Below, in pieces: positions 39,944 to 49,193 of a stretch of 64,000 bases of DNA. A program made the position numbers and the translations under genes. Origin of the DNA: Candidatus Aenigmatarchaeota archaeon. Lineage in GTDB: Archaea; Aenigmatarchaeota; Aenigmatarchaeia; GW2011-AR5; JAHLMP01. The DNA lies in contig JAWCLB010000001.1 in NCBI GenBank assembly GCA_039091735.1, positions 721-64,720 of the forward strand. Direction: 5' to 3'. Each line of letters begins with the position of its first letter. The first letter of the stretch is position 1. The notes under the pieces are model-generated. The model was not told where the DNA came from and did not search any database. It saw nothing but the letters and a program-made list of their open reading frames with translations.

Positions 39944-40921
39944 ATGAAAAGGGCACATATAGCAAAGTCGGTTATAGGTTATCTTGCATTTGATGATAAT
40001 CAAAAACTATTATCCTATAAACTTTTTAAATTATCTCCAGAATATGTAGCGGAAATGATGAAAAAAGATTTTGACAGAGACTTTCTGGATGGTCTTAAAG
40101 ACTATGTAATCGAAGAAGATGAGTTTGCAAAGGCGATAACAAGAAAAAATATCAGAAGGCTTGCAATAGACTTAGGCTTTGTAAAAAAAGAGGAGGACTT
40201 TAATAGATTTCTCTCAGAGCTAGGAATAATAATGAGCAAAGGGGAGATGAACATAGAAAAGGATAAGGTTGTTATTCAAGTATCCAATGCGTTGATGAAT
40301 TTAAATAAGAGCCTGAATTCGATGATAGAGCACTTCAAAGAGATATATTGGCTCCATTATCCTGAGCTTAAAATGGAAAATGAAGAGATGATAAATAGTG
40401 TGAAAAAATATGGTACAAGAGAAAATTTTCCTGACTTTAAGAAGAGCTGTGGAATAATTTTTGATAAAAAAGATGAAAAAATAGTAAAGCAGTTTGCCGA
40501 GCAACTAGATGGATTAATAATGCTAAAAAAATTACTTGAAAGCTATATAGAAGACGTCATGAAAGAGATAGCACCAAACTTCTCATATCTTGTCGGTGAA
40601 AAGATTGCCTCGAGACTATTAGCGTTGGCTGGCTCTCTCGAAAAGCTGGCAAAAATGGCATCTTCAACCATACAATTGCTAGGAAGCGAGAAGGCGCTAT
40701 TCAGACATCTCAGAAACAAAAAGGCAAAACCACCAAAATATGGAATCCTTTACGAATGCAGCTATGTAAAAAACGCACCAATTGAACATAAAGGAAAAAT
40801 CGCTAGGATAGTTGCCTCCAAGTTGTCTGTAGCTGCTAAGATAGATTATTATTCAAAGAGGGACGAAAGAAAGAGGCTTAAGGAAGAGCTTGAAAAAGAG
40901 ATAGAGAGGGTGATGCAATGA
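39944..40921 (+). CDS. nop5: C/D box sRNP protein Nop5 (Nop56/58)
   Basis: IAPNFSYLVG, STIQLLGSEKALFRHL, PKYG, GKIAR. Confidence 0.93.
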   Translation: MKRAHIAKSVIGYLAFDDNQKLLSYKLFKLSPEYVAEMMKKDFDRDFLDGLKDYVIEEDEFAKAITRKNIRRLAIDLGFVKKEEDFNRFLSELGIIMSKGEMNIEKDKVVIQVSNALMNLNKSLNSMIEHFKEIYWLHYPELKMENEEMINSVKKYGTRENFPDFKKSCGIIFDKKDEKIVKQFAEQLDGLIMLKKLLESYIEDVMKEIAPNFSYLVGEKIASRLLALAGSLEKLAKMASSTIQLLGSEKALFRHLRNKKAKPPKYGILYECSYVKNAPIEHKGKIARIVASKLSVAAKIDYYSKRDERKRLKEELEKEIERVMQ

Positions 40922-41583
40922 AAGAGATCTTTTGTGGGGTTTTTTTGTCTTCTAATGAAAAAGAAAAGAAACTATATACCATAAATTTAGTGCCTGGTGC
41001 TAGCGTATATGGCGAAGCCTTGATAGAGATAGAGAAAAAAGAGTACAGAGAATGGAATCCCACGAGAAGCAAGCTTGCCGCAGCAATTTTAAATAATCTG
41101 AGAGGTGTTCCAATAAAAGCAAGGGATAAGGTCCTTTATTTGGGCACATCCACTGGAACAACATGCTCTCATATCTCTGACATAATAGGTAGGCGTGGTA
41201 TCATCTATGGAATAGAATACAGCCAAAGAGTTATATACCCTTTATTAGGATTGGCTGAAAAGAGAAAAAACATAGTGCCAATACTTGCAGATGCAAGAAA
41301 GCCTGAAAAATATTACTGGGTGGAAGAGGTTAATGTGCTCTATTGTGATATTGCCCAGCCAGATGAGGTAGATATAGCAATAAGAAATGCAAGCGCGTTT
41401 CTCAAGAACAGAGGATATATGATGATTGCAATCAAGGCTAGAAGTATTGATGTGACAAAAGAGCCGTCTCAGATATACAAGCAAGAGGCAGAAAAACTAA
41501 GAAACTCTAATTTTGAAATTATTGATATGGTAAATCTGGAGCCATATGAACAGAGCCATTGCATGGTTCTTGCCAGAAGGTAG
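40918..41583 (+). CDS. flpA: Fibrillarin-like 2'-O-methyltransferase
   Basis: YREWNPTRSKLAAAI, VLYLG..GTT.SHISD, DIAQP, IKARSID. Confidence 0.95.
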   Translation: MKEIFCGVFLSSNEKEKKLYTINLVPGASVYGEALIEIEKKEYREWNPTRSKLAAAILNNLRGVPIKARDKVLYLGTSTGTTCSHISDIIGRRGIIYGIEYSQRVIYPLLGLAEKRKNIVPILADARKPEKYYWVEEVNVLYCDIAQPDEVDIAIRNASAFLKNRGYMMIAIKARSIDVTKEPSQIYKQEAEKLRNSNFEIIDMVNLEPYEQSHCMVLARR

Positions 41584-41591
41584 CATCTTAT

Positions 41592-42656
41592 TTAGCTCAC
41601 CAAAAGCATTAGCGCATTTTTAAAATCTTCAAAATCCTCTTTTCTTATTGAACCACCAGCTGCTGACTCGTGGCCACCAACAGACGCATACTTAAAATCA
41701 CTTGCAGCCTCTCTTAAAACCTTTTCGACATCAATTGTCCTGTCCTGATTTCTTGCAGAAAATTTTACATTATTTCTTATTACATCCCAAACCACAACTA
41801 GCTTTTTTGGATAAATCTCTGAAAGCTTCGTAGCTATGACTGATCTTAAGTTATATTTGGACTTGATCTCATAAAATATAACCCGTTTGCTATCATCAAC
41901 ACTGCTTTTAATATTTATCATCATTCTGTCTATCTCTTCTTGAACCTTTTCGTAGTAGTCAAGAAACTCCTTGTTTTTTTCTATCTCAGTTATTGTCTCT
42001 GCAGAATCCATAATCTTTACAACTCTTTCGCATGAGACGCGAGAGGCCTTCATAGCAGTTATAATATTGCTTATATGCCCGAAGATAGAATTAAAAATCG
42101 CGGAGCGAATATCATTTTCTTGAGAAAATAAATTTGGATACTCTTTTTTGATTTCTTTTATCAAATCCATAGAATCGTCTATGTTATAATCTCCGACTAT
42201 TCCAACTGCTGCAATCCACAGATATTTTTTCATATCCAAAATCTTTGAGCATATCTTATATGTGAGATAAGATGCTGACTGATAGACTTTTCCTTTAAAT
42301 AATGGATTATAATGAATGGTCCTTTTGGAATTTAGGTTATTTGAAATTTGGTGGTGGTCTATTATAAGAATCTCGCAGATATTCTCAAGTCTTTTTATTA
42401 ATACTCTCTCTTGGTCAATGGCAAGATCCAAGAAGATTATCTTTGTCGGAATAGACATCCTTATCCTTTGTAATAGATTCTTCGTTGGTGGCATTGGCTG
42501 GCTTATTATAAAATCTGCGCTTTTGCCAATTTTATTTTTGAGAAATTTATTCATCAATGCACAGCTAGATATCCCATCACAATCATTGTGAAATATAATA
42601 ATAATCTCGTCATCTGGCTTAATGTTCATCAAAAACGATATAGCTTCTTTCAACAT
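41592..42656 (-). CDS. DHH-family phosphoesterase (RecJ-like)
   Basis: HNDCDG, FLDL, IDHH, SAR, GGHESAAG. Confidence 0.85.
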   Translation of the reverse strand: MLKEAISFLMNIKPDDEIIIIFHNDCDGISSCALMNKFLKNKIGKSADFIISQPMPPTKNLLQRIRMSIPTKIIFLDLAIDQERVLIKRLENICEILIIDHHQISNNLNSKRTIHYNPLFKGKVYQSASYLTYKICSKILDMKKYLWIAAVGIVGDYNIDDSMDLIKEIKKEYPNLFSQENDIRSAIFNSIFGHISNIITAMKASRVSCERVVKIMDSAETITEIEKNKEFLDYYEKVQEEIDRMMINIKSSVDDSKRVIFYEIKSKYNLRSVIATKLSEIYPKKLVVVWDVIRNNVKFSARNQDRTIDVEKVLREAASDFKYASVGGHESAAGGSIRKEDFEDFKNALMLLVS

Positions 42657-42928
42657 CAAAAACCCTCTTAGCTTCTATGAGACAGAAAATTTTTAAGCTT
42701 GTGGTCGTGCACAGATAGTGATATTACTTTTTAGTGTTTAAATATAATTACAAGACAGATATCAAGCTATTATTTTTGAATGAAGCAAAGGCTTTTTGGG
42801 CTATTAAATTGCGTTTACATGAACACTGCAAGATAATTCCTGTTTTTTAAGCATAAGTTTAACAATATATTTATTTACAGAAATCTACTTAAATAGTTAA
42901 AATATATATTACTAAAAGGTGATTATAA

Positions 42929-43409
42929 ATGAAAATAAATAATTTAAAACAAAATGCAGGTGACTTGATAAGGTGGCTCTGCGCTTGGTGTGGTTGGCAC
43001 AGCAATGAACTGGTATGCTGGTGTAAAAGATTATGTACTAAATGAGGTTATTAGCGATATAGGAAAGGGTTTGACATATGCAATACAATACCCACTTTGC
43101 GCTTATGGTGTTGGAGAAGCCATAAATACCTACAAAGACTATAGAAATAGCAGAAAAGGCTCAGAAAGCATTCCAAAATACATTGGAAGATTAGCGAGAG
43201 AGTCACCGTTTGAATTAGCAGGCACAATAATGACCTTAGCACCTATTGCATCGCCAATTATTTCATCAGCTACGGGGAATGACTTTTTCAAGAGTATATT
43301 AATCCCAGCTTGTGTTTGCATTGCAGGACATACTATTAGATATTTAGGCAGGGCGATTAAAAACAAGGAAATAAGAGAAATGGAGAGAGAGCTTTATTCT
43401 GGCAAGTAA
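42929..43409 (+). CDS. Hypothetical membrane protein, probably frameshifted near its 5' end
   Basis: GGTGA-preceded ATG at 42929 is out of frame with the 42990-43409 ORF; hydrophobic segments downstream. Confidence 0.45.
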
Positions 43410-43545
43410 TGAAGAAAATAATAAGCTAAACGAAGCTAATTGTGTTTAGCAGATTATAACTAAAATTTTTCATATTTTATTCATAGAAAATAGTTGACAA
43501 ATTTGTTACCGAAAAGTATTTAAATGTTATTACTAAGTAAAAAAT

Positions 43546-44391
43546 ATGCCAAGAAGATTTAGAAGATATCTCAACAGATTAGAAAGGTTAAATCAGAGGA
43601 TAAGAGAGATTGAGGCTGTACCAGAGGCTCAGCGAGACACTCAACAAAGACGAGAGTTAGAGGAGCTTAGAAATGAAAGGGATTATTTGAATGAAAATCT
43701 CTTGATTTCTAATTTTGGTTGGGAGAATTCTGCCTTAGATGTTGCTGAAAATGAAATAAGAAGATTAGAAAGAATTAAACAACGGACACCTGAACAAAAC
43801 GAAGAATTGAATAAATTACGAAGAGGGAGAGACGATCTAATGTGCAAATTTACTATGACTAGAAGGGAATTTATTGGTTACATGACTGCTGGTATTCTTG
43901 GTCTGCTTGGCTTTGGCACACTAATAGGATATAAAATATGGGGAAAAAGAGGCATTAGCAATAGCCAAAAAATAGCTCCAAAGAAGCCTCCTCTAAATGC
44001 CAAAACATTAGATGATCTCGTTGGAAACTTCTATTCTCCAGAAGAGGTGCGTGTTAGCATAGGAGAAAATCCTTATGGAGAGAAAAGAAACATCTTACAT
44101 GTGAAGGCAAGAGGTCCTAATGAAATATTAGATTTTTCTATCTTTGAAACAGACATAACAAAATTTAACCAATTAGCATACTATTTTGATTACATCTCTA
44201 AGGCTGAAGGCGCGTTTGAAATTCCAGACCCGCTTGAAAAAAATACAGGCTATCCAAGAGATTTTAGAAACGGAATACAATTCGGTGTCGAAAGATCAGC
44301 AGAGGATTTACCTGTATATAAAATCGCTGGTGATGACGTGCTATTTTATGTAATATTTAAAAGACCGTTAAAAGATTATTTAGGAAGATAG
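43546..44391 (+). CDS. Hypothetical protein with repeated helical N-terminus and a single TM helix
   Basis: Two similar ~30-aa helical units; MTRREFIG followed by a hydrophobic stretch. Confidence 0.7.
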   Translation: MPRRFRRYLNRLERLNQRIREIEAVPEAQRDTQQRRELEELRNERDYLNENLLISNFGWENSALDVAENEIRRLERIKQRTPEQNEELNKLRRGRDDLMCKFTMTRREFIGYMTAGILGLLGFGTLIGYKIWGKRGISNSQKIAPKKPPLNAKTLDDLVGNFYSPEEVRVSIGENPYGEKRNILHVKARGPNEILDFSIFETDITKFNQLAYYFDYISKAEGAFEIPDPLEKNTGYPRDFRNGIQFGVERSAEDLPVYKIAGDDVLFYVIFKRPLKDYLGR

Positions 44392-46067
44392 CCTCCTCTT
44401 CTAATGAAATCTTCTAAGCATGATTGGTTATCCTGGTCTTTGAAGCAACAAAGATTTACATCTAATTTGATTTCTTTTTCATCTATAATTCCTGTTATGT
44501 CGCTCCTGCATTCCAGTGGTTGACCGCTTTCACTAACTATGGTTGTGCTACATTCACCCTCCTTGCAGTTACCTTCTGCTTCTTGGCACCATTTGTCTGT
44601 GTCATTCGAGCTTTGCTTTTTCCATTCACAGTAATTTTGCGCACCTAGCTCTGGGGTCACAGTAGTGGCGTTCTCTGCTTCACAATCAATCCTGCAAATC
44701 TTATCCTCACAGCATTTCAGACTACCACAGCACCTCAACTCTTTGCAACTTTTGCTCTCTTTTGCGCATTTTGCAGTCATCATTATTGTTGGTCCCTTTG
44801 TTTGTGTAATTTCAAAGGTATATCTGCTTAATTCAGCTGTTATCAAATCGCTTCTACTTATTTGCTCAGGTTGTATATTGCTTGATGTAAATTGGCATAT
44901 AACAGGCTGCTTATTGAATTCCTGCGGAGGTATTCGGAGCTCCTCAACAACATTGCATGCTACCACCTCTGCCTTTTCTGTTTTTTTGGTATCACATTCA
45001 AATCCTCTTCCACTGCAACTTATGTCTTGGCCAATAGAGCTTGGTAGGGTTATATTCAGCCTTGTACCTTCTGTCAAAATCACAAACTCTTTTTCTCCTA
45101 TCCTTTTATTTACTACTGAGGCTGTCAAAACCTGAGTAGTTCCGTTGAAGAGTGGCTGCTCGCCTACGCTCAATGCAAGCATAGCTGGCGAGGCTTTTCC
45201 TGTTGCAACAACATTTCTAAAAAGCTCATACTTCTTTATTGGATCAGCCATCAATCGTTTTATTTCTTCCTCGTTCATAATCTCAACTATCAAAGAAGAG
45301 CTTGCAAAATAGTTATATCTAAGCGTTATATTGACCTCTGCTGTCTTTCCTGGTTCTTCCTCTTTAGCAAGGAATGGCCCAAACTGCTGAGCAATAGCCT
45401 CATTGGGCAATAGCTCAGCAAGGTTATAGTTATACTCTCCCTCACATTTATCCTTTATGCAAGTTAGGTTTAGGCTAACGTCTTCTGCTTTCATGCTTCC
45501 CTCGTTCTCAGCCCTAACCTGAATATAAAATTTCTGGTAAGACGGCACTTGGTCTGGAGATAGCACTATTGCCTTAATCTCAACACCCTTTGGCTGAGTC
45601 TGTTCTGCCTCTATTTTTACAGCCTTTTGTTGCTGTTCGTATATATATTGTTGTGGATTTGTCAGCATAAGCATCAAGTCATGAAACGAGAAAGCCAGGG
45701 TTCTGTATGCAATACGGAGTGGTGCTTTTATCTCATTGACATAGTGCTTCATATAGCCAGAATAAGGGCCAGTAAAGAGATACCCAAAAATAATGCAGAG
45801 TAAAGACAAAGTATATATAATGGGCGGTCCACCTGATTGATAAAACCCTATTAAGAAAAATATGGAGACTGCCCAACCAATTAAAAATGGTTTAGTGAAC
45901 CCAGGCACTATGTCAAAAGATGCGAGAATCAGCATGATATCAATAGCTATAAGCATTCCTGCTATTATTGCTGCTCCAAGCATCTCTGCTTCTTTGGCTT
46001 TCGATGTCCTTCCCCAAAACCAAAATATGAAAGCCAGGATACACAAAACTATTAGTATTGGTGCCAT
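44376..46067 (-). CDS. Membrane-anchored surface protein with Ig/CARDB-like region and Cys-rich C-terminus
   Basis: N-terminal TM helices, VRAENEGSMKA beta-sandwich-like segment, many Cys in the last ~130 aa. Confidence 0.7.
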   Translation of the reverse strand: MAPILIVLCILAFIFWFWGRTSKAKEAEMLGAAIIAGMLIAIDIMLILASFDIVPGFTKPFLIGWAVSIFFLIGFYQSGGPPIIYTLSLLCIIFGYLFTGPYSGYMKHYVNEIKAPLRIAYRTLAFSFHDLMLMLTNPQQYIYEQQQKAVKIEAEQTQPKGVEIKAIVLSPDQVPSYQKFYIQVRAENEGSMKAEDVSLNLTCIKDKCEGEYNYNLAELLPNEAIAQQFGPFLAKEEEPGKTAEVNITLRYNYFASSSLIVEIMNEEEIKRLMADPIKKYELFRNVVATGKASPAMLALSVGEQPLFNGTTQVLTASVVNKRIGEKEFVILTEGTRLNITLPSSIGQDISCSGRGFECDTKKTEKAEVVACNVVEELRIPPQEFNKQPVICQFTSSNIQPEQISRSDLITAELSRYTFEITQTKGPTIMMTAKCAKESKSCKELRCCGSLKCCEDKICRIDCEAENATTVTPELGAQNYCEWKKQSSNDTDKWCQEAEGNCKEGECSTTIVSESGQPLECRSDITGIIDEKEIKLDVNLCCFKDQDNQSCLEDFIRRGGYLPK

Positions 46068-46072
46068 GCTTC

Positions 46073-47509
46073 TCACTCAAACATCTCAAAAATTGATGCC
46101 CAAAACTGACCAAGGGTCATGAAAACCGTAATTATAACTGTTATGATGAGAACAACTATAGTAGGGCCTGTCACAGCATATCTTGCGAATATTGAGAAAA
46201 GTATCCATAACAAGATAACACCTGTAACAATAGGCGAAAAGATAAAATTTATTATGAAATCCCAGATATTGCCTATAAGCTCATAAAGTGATGCAAATGG
46301 TCCGCCAACTGGTCTATATATTTCCTTAACAAACCATCCCCTAGCTGATTGATATATCGTTCTATAATCGTGCTCTATCATATGGCTTGCTTCCGCGTCT
46401 GCAAAACTCTCCAATGATGTTCTTATCTCTTCTCTTCCTGAAGCTGAGTAAATATGAAATTTCTTGTAAGTCTCCTCTACAACGTTGGGGACTTCACCAT
46501 GCAAAATCTCCTTCAACACAATCAAATCATCTTTCCATTCTCTACTAAATGCCTCAAGTTGAGCGCGTCTCCTTTCAAACTCTCTTTCAATTTCAAGTCT
46601 CTCTCGTTCTTTTATCTCTAATTCTTTATCTACAGAACGAAGGAGTTCGCCCAATCCCCTTTCCCCCGTCTCTATTCTATTTCTTAAATCGTCTCTTCTT
46701 TTTTCTAACCTTCTAACCTCTCTCACAATAGCATTTTTTGCCTCTACCCAGTCTTTTATCTTCAGTTTGTCTTCAATCTCTTTTATTTTCTTTATTTTGT
46801 AGTCTACTATCTCTTTGTTTTTACCTCTTGCTATTCCGTCAAGCCTTCTTTTAGCCCACACTACTGCTCTAAGAAGCCTTGTTTCCTCTGGTTCAAGTTT
46901 ATGAATTGGCCACATTCTTTCTCTCCAGAGAAATTTAGCCCCTCTAGCAACTTCTTTCGCAGTTTTACTGCTTGACCTTCTTAATATTTCTCTAGCCCTT
47001 TCTATTAATTCATTTGCTTTTTTTGGGTCATTTTCTCTTCTAGCCTCTTCTAAAATTTCGTCTGCTTCTTCAGCTACTTTTTGTTCTTCTTTAGAACCAG
47101 AGAGCATTTTCGAATAAACAACCTCCTTCATTGAAGCAATTTCCTTTTGTGGTTCAGTAGGCTTCGTCTCGTCCTGAACAGAAGGTCCTGGCATGGATCC
47201 TGGTAATCCTGTCCTTCTTAAGTAATCAGCATATGCAGCTTTTCTTAATTTAGTTTTCTCTTCTTCTGGTATATTAGACCTTCTTATTCTCAACAAATCT
47301 TTCTGGAATGCAGACCATGTTTTACTAAGCTCACTGCCTTTAATAGCATTTTTACTAATTCTTTCTGCCATAACCTCTGCAAGAAGCTCTTTCGCATCCC
47401 ATATATCCTTTTCTTTGGACTTATCTATCAGGTAATTTATTTCCTCTTCTGTTAATGTTGGATCCTCTCTTTTTAGTTCCTTTCTTAGTTTCTCTTCTTT
47501 ATTAGCCAT
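46073..47509 (-). CDS. Coiled-coil protein with C-terminal TM helices
   Basis: Long charged heptad region, two hydrophobic C-terminal helices; adjacent to and co-oriented with the downstream gene. Confidence 0.75.
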   Translation of the reverse strand: MANKEEKLRKELKREDPTLTEEEINYLIDKSKEKDIWDAKELLAEVMAERISKNAIKGSELSKTWSAFQKDLLRIRRSNIPEEEKTKLRKAAYADYLRRTGLPGSMPGPSVQDETKPTEPQKEIASMKEVVYSKMLSGSKEEQKVAEEADEILEEARRENDPKKANELIERAREILRRSSSKTAKEVARGAKFLWRERMWPIHKLEPEETRLLRAVVWAKRRLDGIARGKNKEIVDYKIKKIKEIEDKLKIKDWVEAKNAIVREVRRLEKRRDDLRNRIETGERGLGELLRSVDKELEIKERERLEIEREFERRRAQLEAFSREWKDDLIVLKEILHGEVPNVVEETYKKFHIYSASGREEIRTSLESFADAEASHMIEHDYRTIYQSARGWFVKEIYRPVGGPFASLYELIGNIWDFIINFIFSPIVTGVILLWILFSIFARYAVTGPTIVVLIITVIITVFMTLGQFWASIFEMFE

Positions 47510-47582
47510 TAATATTTACTTCTATTAAGATGGAATAAAAAGATTAATTTCTTAACAAGATACAATTAAGAAAATAAAAAAT

Positions 47583-47900
47583 CTATTCTCCCTTCAACTC
47601 AATTATTGCTTTGGCTAAGTCATTGTCCAGCTCTTTTAGCTTATTGACCACTGTCTCTCTGTCTTTTCCTGTTTGTTTCATAACTAATTTTACATCATCT
47701 TCTTTTGGTTCTGCCTTTTCTTTTGTCTCTTCTCCAGAAATCTGATAGACCCTTTTGCCCATTATATTAGCTATAATAACTTCTGGATTGCTTATCTTAA
47801 TTTGATATCCTGGGCATCTTATTATAACTTCTTTTGCTTCCAATTCCTGAAGGTTCAGCCCCATCTTTTCCATCATACTTTCAATTTGCTTTTGATTCAT
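47583..47900 (-). CDS. nac: Nascent polypeptide-associated complex protein
   Basis: MMEKMGL, EVIIR, YQISG, DVKLVMKQTG..DLAKAI. Confidence 0.92.
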   Translation of the reverse strand: MNQKQIESMMEKMGLNLQELEAKEVIIRCPGYQIKISNPEVIIANIMGKRVYQISGEETKEKAEPKEDDVKLVMKQTGKDRETVVNKLKELDNDLAKAIIELKGE

Positions 47901-47901
47901 C

Positions 47902-48312
47902 TCAACCACATATTTTCTTTCTTATTTTTTCAAGTTCGCCTCTCAGCTCCTCTTTTATTGGCAAACCAGATTCTATTGCTATTTCCTTGTCTTCTCCGTA
48001 TCTTGGAATAACATGAACATGAGCGTGTGGAATAACTTGCCCTGCGTCTCTACCATTATTCATGCAAATATTAAATCCCTTTGCACCCATTTTGTTTGTA
48101 ATCCTTTCAGCAACCAATTTCGTTATGTTAAAAAGACCATATACCTTTTCAGCTGGCATATCAAGCAGTGTGGGATAATGTTCTTTCGGGATTACAAGGC
48201 AATGCCCTCTTGACCTTGGATTTATATCCAAAAATGCTAAAAATTCCTCGCCTTCATAAACCTTTTGCGAGCCTATTTTGCCATTTACTATGTCACAGAA
48301 CACACAAACCAT
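47902..48312 (-). CDS. HIT family hydrolase
   Basis: CVFC, FLDINP, GQVIPHAHVHVIPR. Confidence 0.95.
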   Translation of the reverse strand: MVCVFCDIVNGKIGSQKVYEGEEFLAFLDINPRSRGHCLVIPKEHYPTLLDMPAEKVYGLFNITKLVAERITNKMGAKGFNICMNNGRDAGQVIPHAHVHVIPRYGEDKEIAIESGLPIKEELRGELEKIRKKICG

Positions 48313-48363
48313 AAGATATATCTATTTTTTAATTATAAAAGTTTTTGCGACAATTTCATTCAT

Positions 48364-48855
48364 ATGGCGAATGGGGGCAGATTCATTATCATGGCCATAA
48401 TCTTAATATCAGTGCTTACGCTTTTAGTATTAACTATACTTAGCATAAATACATCTGATTATGAAGGTTATATACAACTAAGTGTTGAAGGTGTAGAGTA
48501 TGCTGATGGTTCATCACTTATCCATCTAGGTAATGGGTGCTCAAAATTCATATTTTATACCACCAAAGAACAGGGAGAATCAATTGAGATTGGTATGAAA
48601 GGTATCAAGACAGCAAGACCAATGACCCATGACATCCTTATAGACATCTTGAACAACTTTGACATAAAGCCTGTGGATGTTAAGATAAACAATCTTTATA
48701 ATGATACCTATTTTGCTGAGCTGACCTTGGGTAGCTATCAAAAAAAGAAAATAAACATAAGACCAAGTGATGGAATAGCTATTGCTGTGAGAGCCAAAAT
48801 ACCAATATATGTAAATAAAAGCTTGATTAAGGATGTGTGTGGTGGTTTATTTTAG
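48364..48855 (+). CDS. Bifunctional nuclease (DUF151) domain protein with N-terminal membrane anchor
   Basis: RPMTHD, TYFAEL, RPSDGIAIAVRAKIPIYV; hydrophobic N-terminus. Confidence 0.85.
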   Translation: MANGGRFIIMAIILISVLTLLVLTILSINTSDYEGYIQLSVEGVEYADGSSLIHLGNGCSKFIFYTTKEQGESIEIGMKGIKTARPMTHDILIDILNNFDIKPVDVKINNLYNDTYFAELTLGSYQKKKINIRPSDGIAIAVRAKIPIYVNKSLIKDVCGGLF

Positions 48856-48914
48856 TCGACTTATCAAGATTGCCTATTGCAAAGATTTTTATATCTCAGA
48901 TATAAATATGTTTC

Positions 48915-49193
48915 ATGGGAGCACCATATAAGAGGGTATACAAGCACACAGGACCAAGGGGTCATGAAAGATATGTGATTTGTGGGTTTTGTAATAAGCA
49001 TGTTCCAAGATATAAAGCATTTAGTGTCTTTAGAGGGTTTCAAATCACTGATCCGTATCTGAGAAGGGAAGTTAAAACTATTAGCCTCAGAAAAAAGGTT
49101 TTTGTGTGTCCGCAATGCGCAAGGCATAGAGGCATCGTTCAAATAGGAAAGAGTAGAAAAAGTAGGATAAGACAACAGAAAGAAGGTGAGTAA
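48915..49193 (+). CDS. rps26e: 30S ribosomal protein eS26 homologue
   Basis: RGHERYVICGFCNKHVPRYKA ... VCPQCARHRGIV matches the eS26 zinc-finger pattern; very basic. Confidence 0.75.
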   Translation: MGAPYKRVYKHTGPRGHERYVICGFCNKHVPRYKAFSVFRGFQITDPYLRREVKTISLRKKVFVCPQCARHRGIVQIGKSRKSRIRQQKEGE

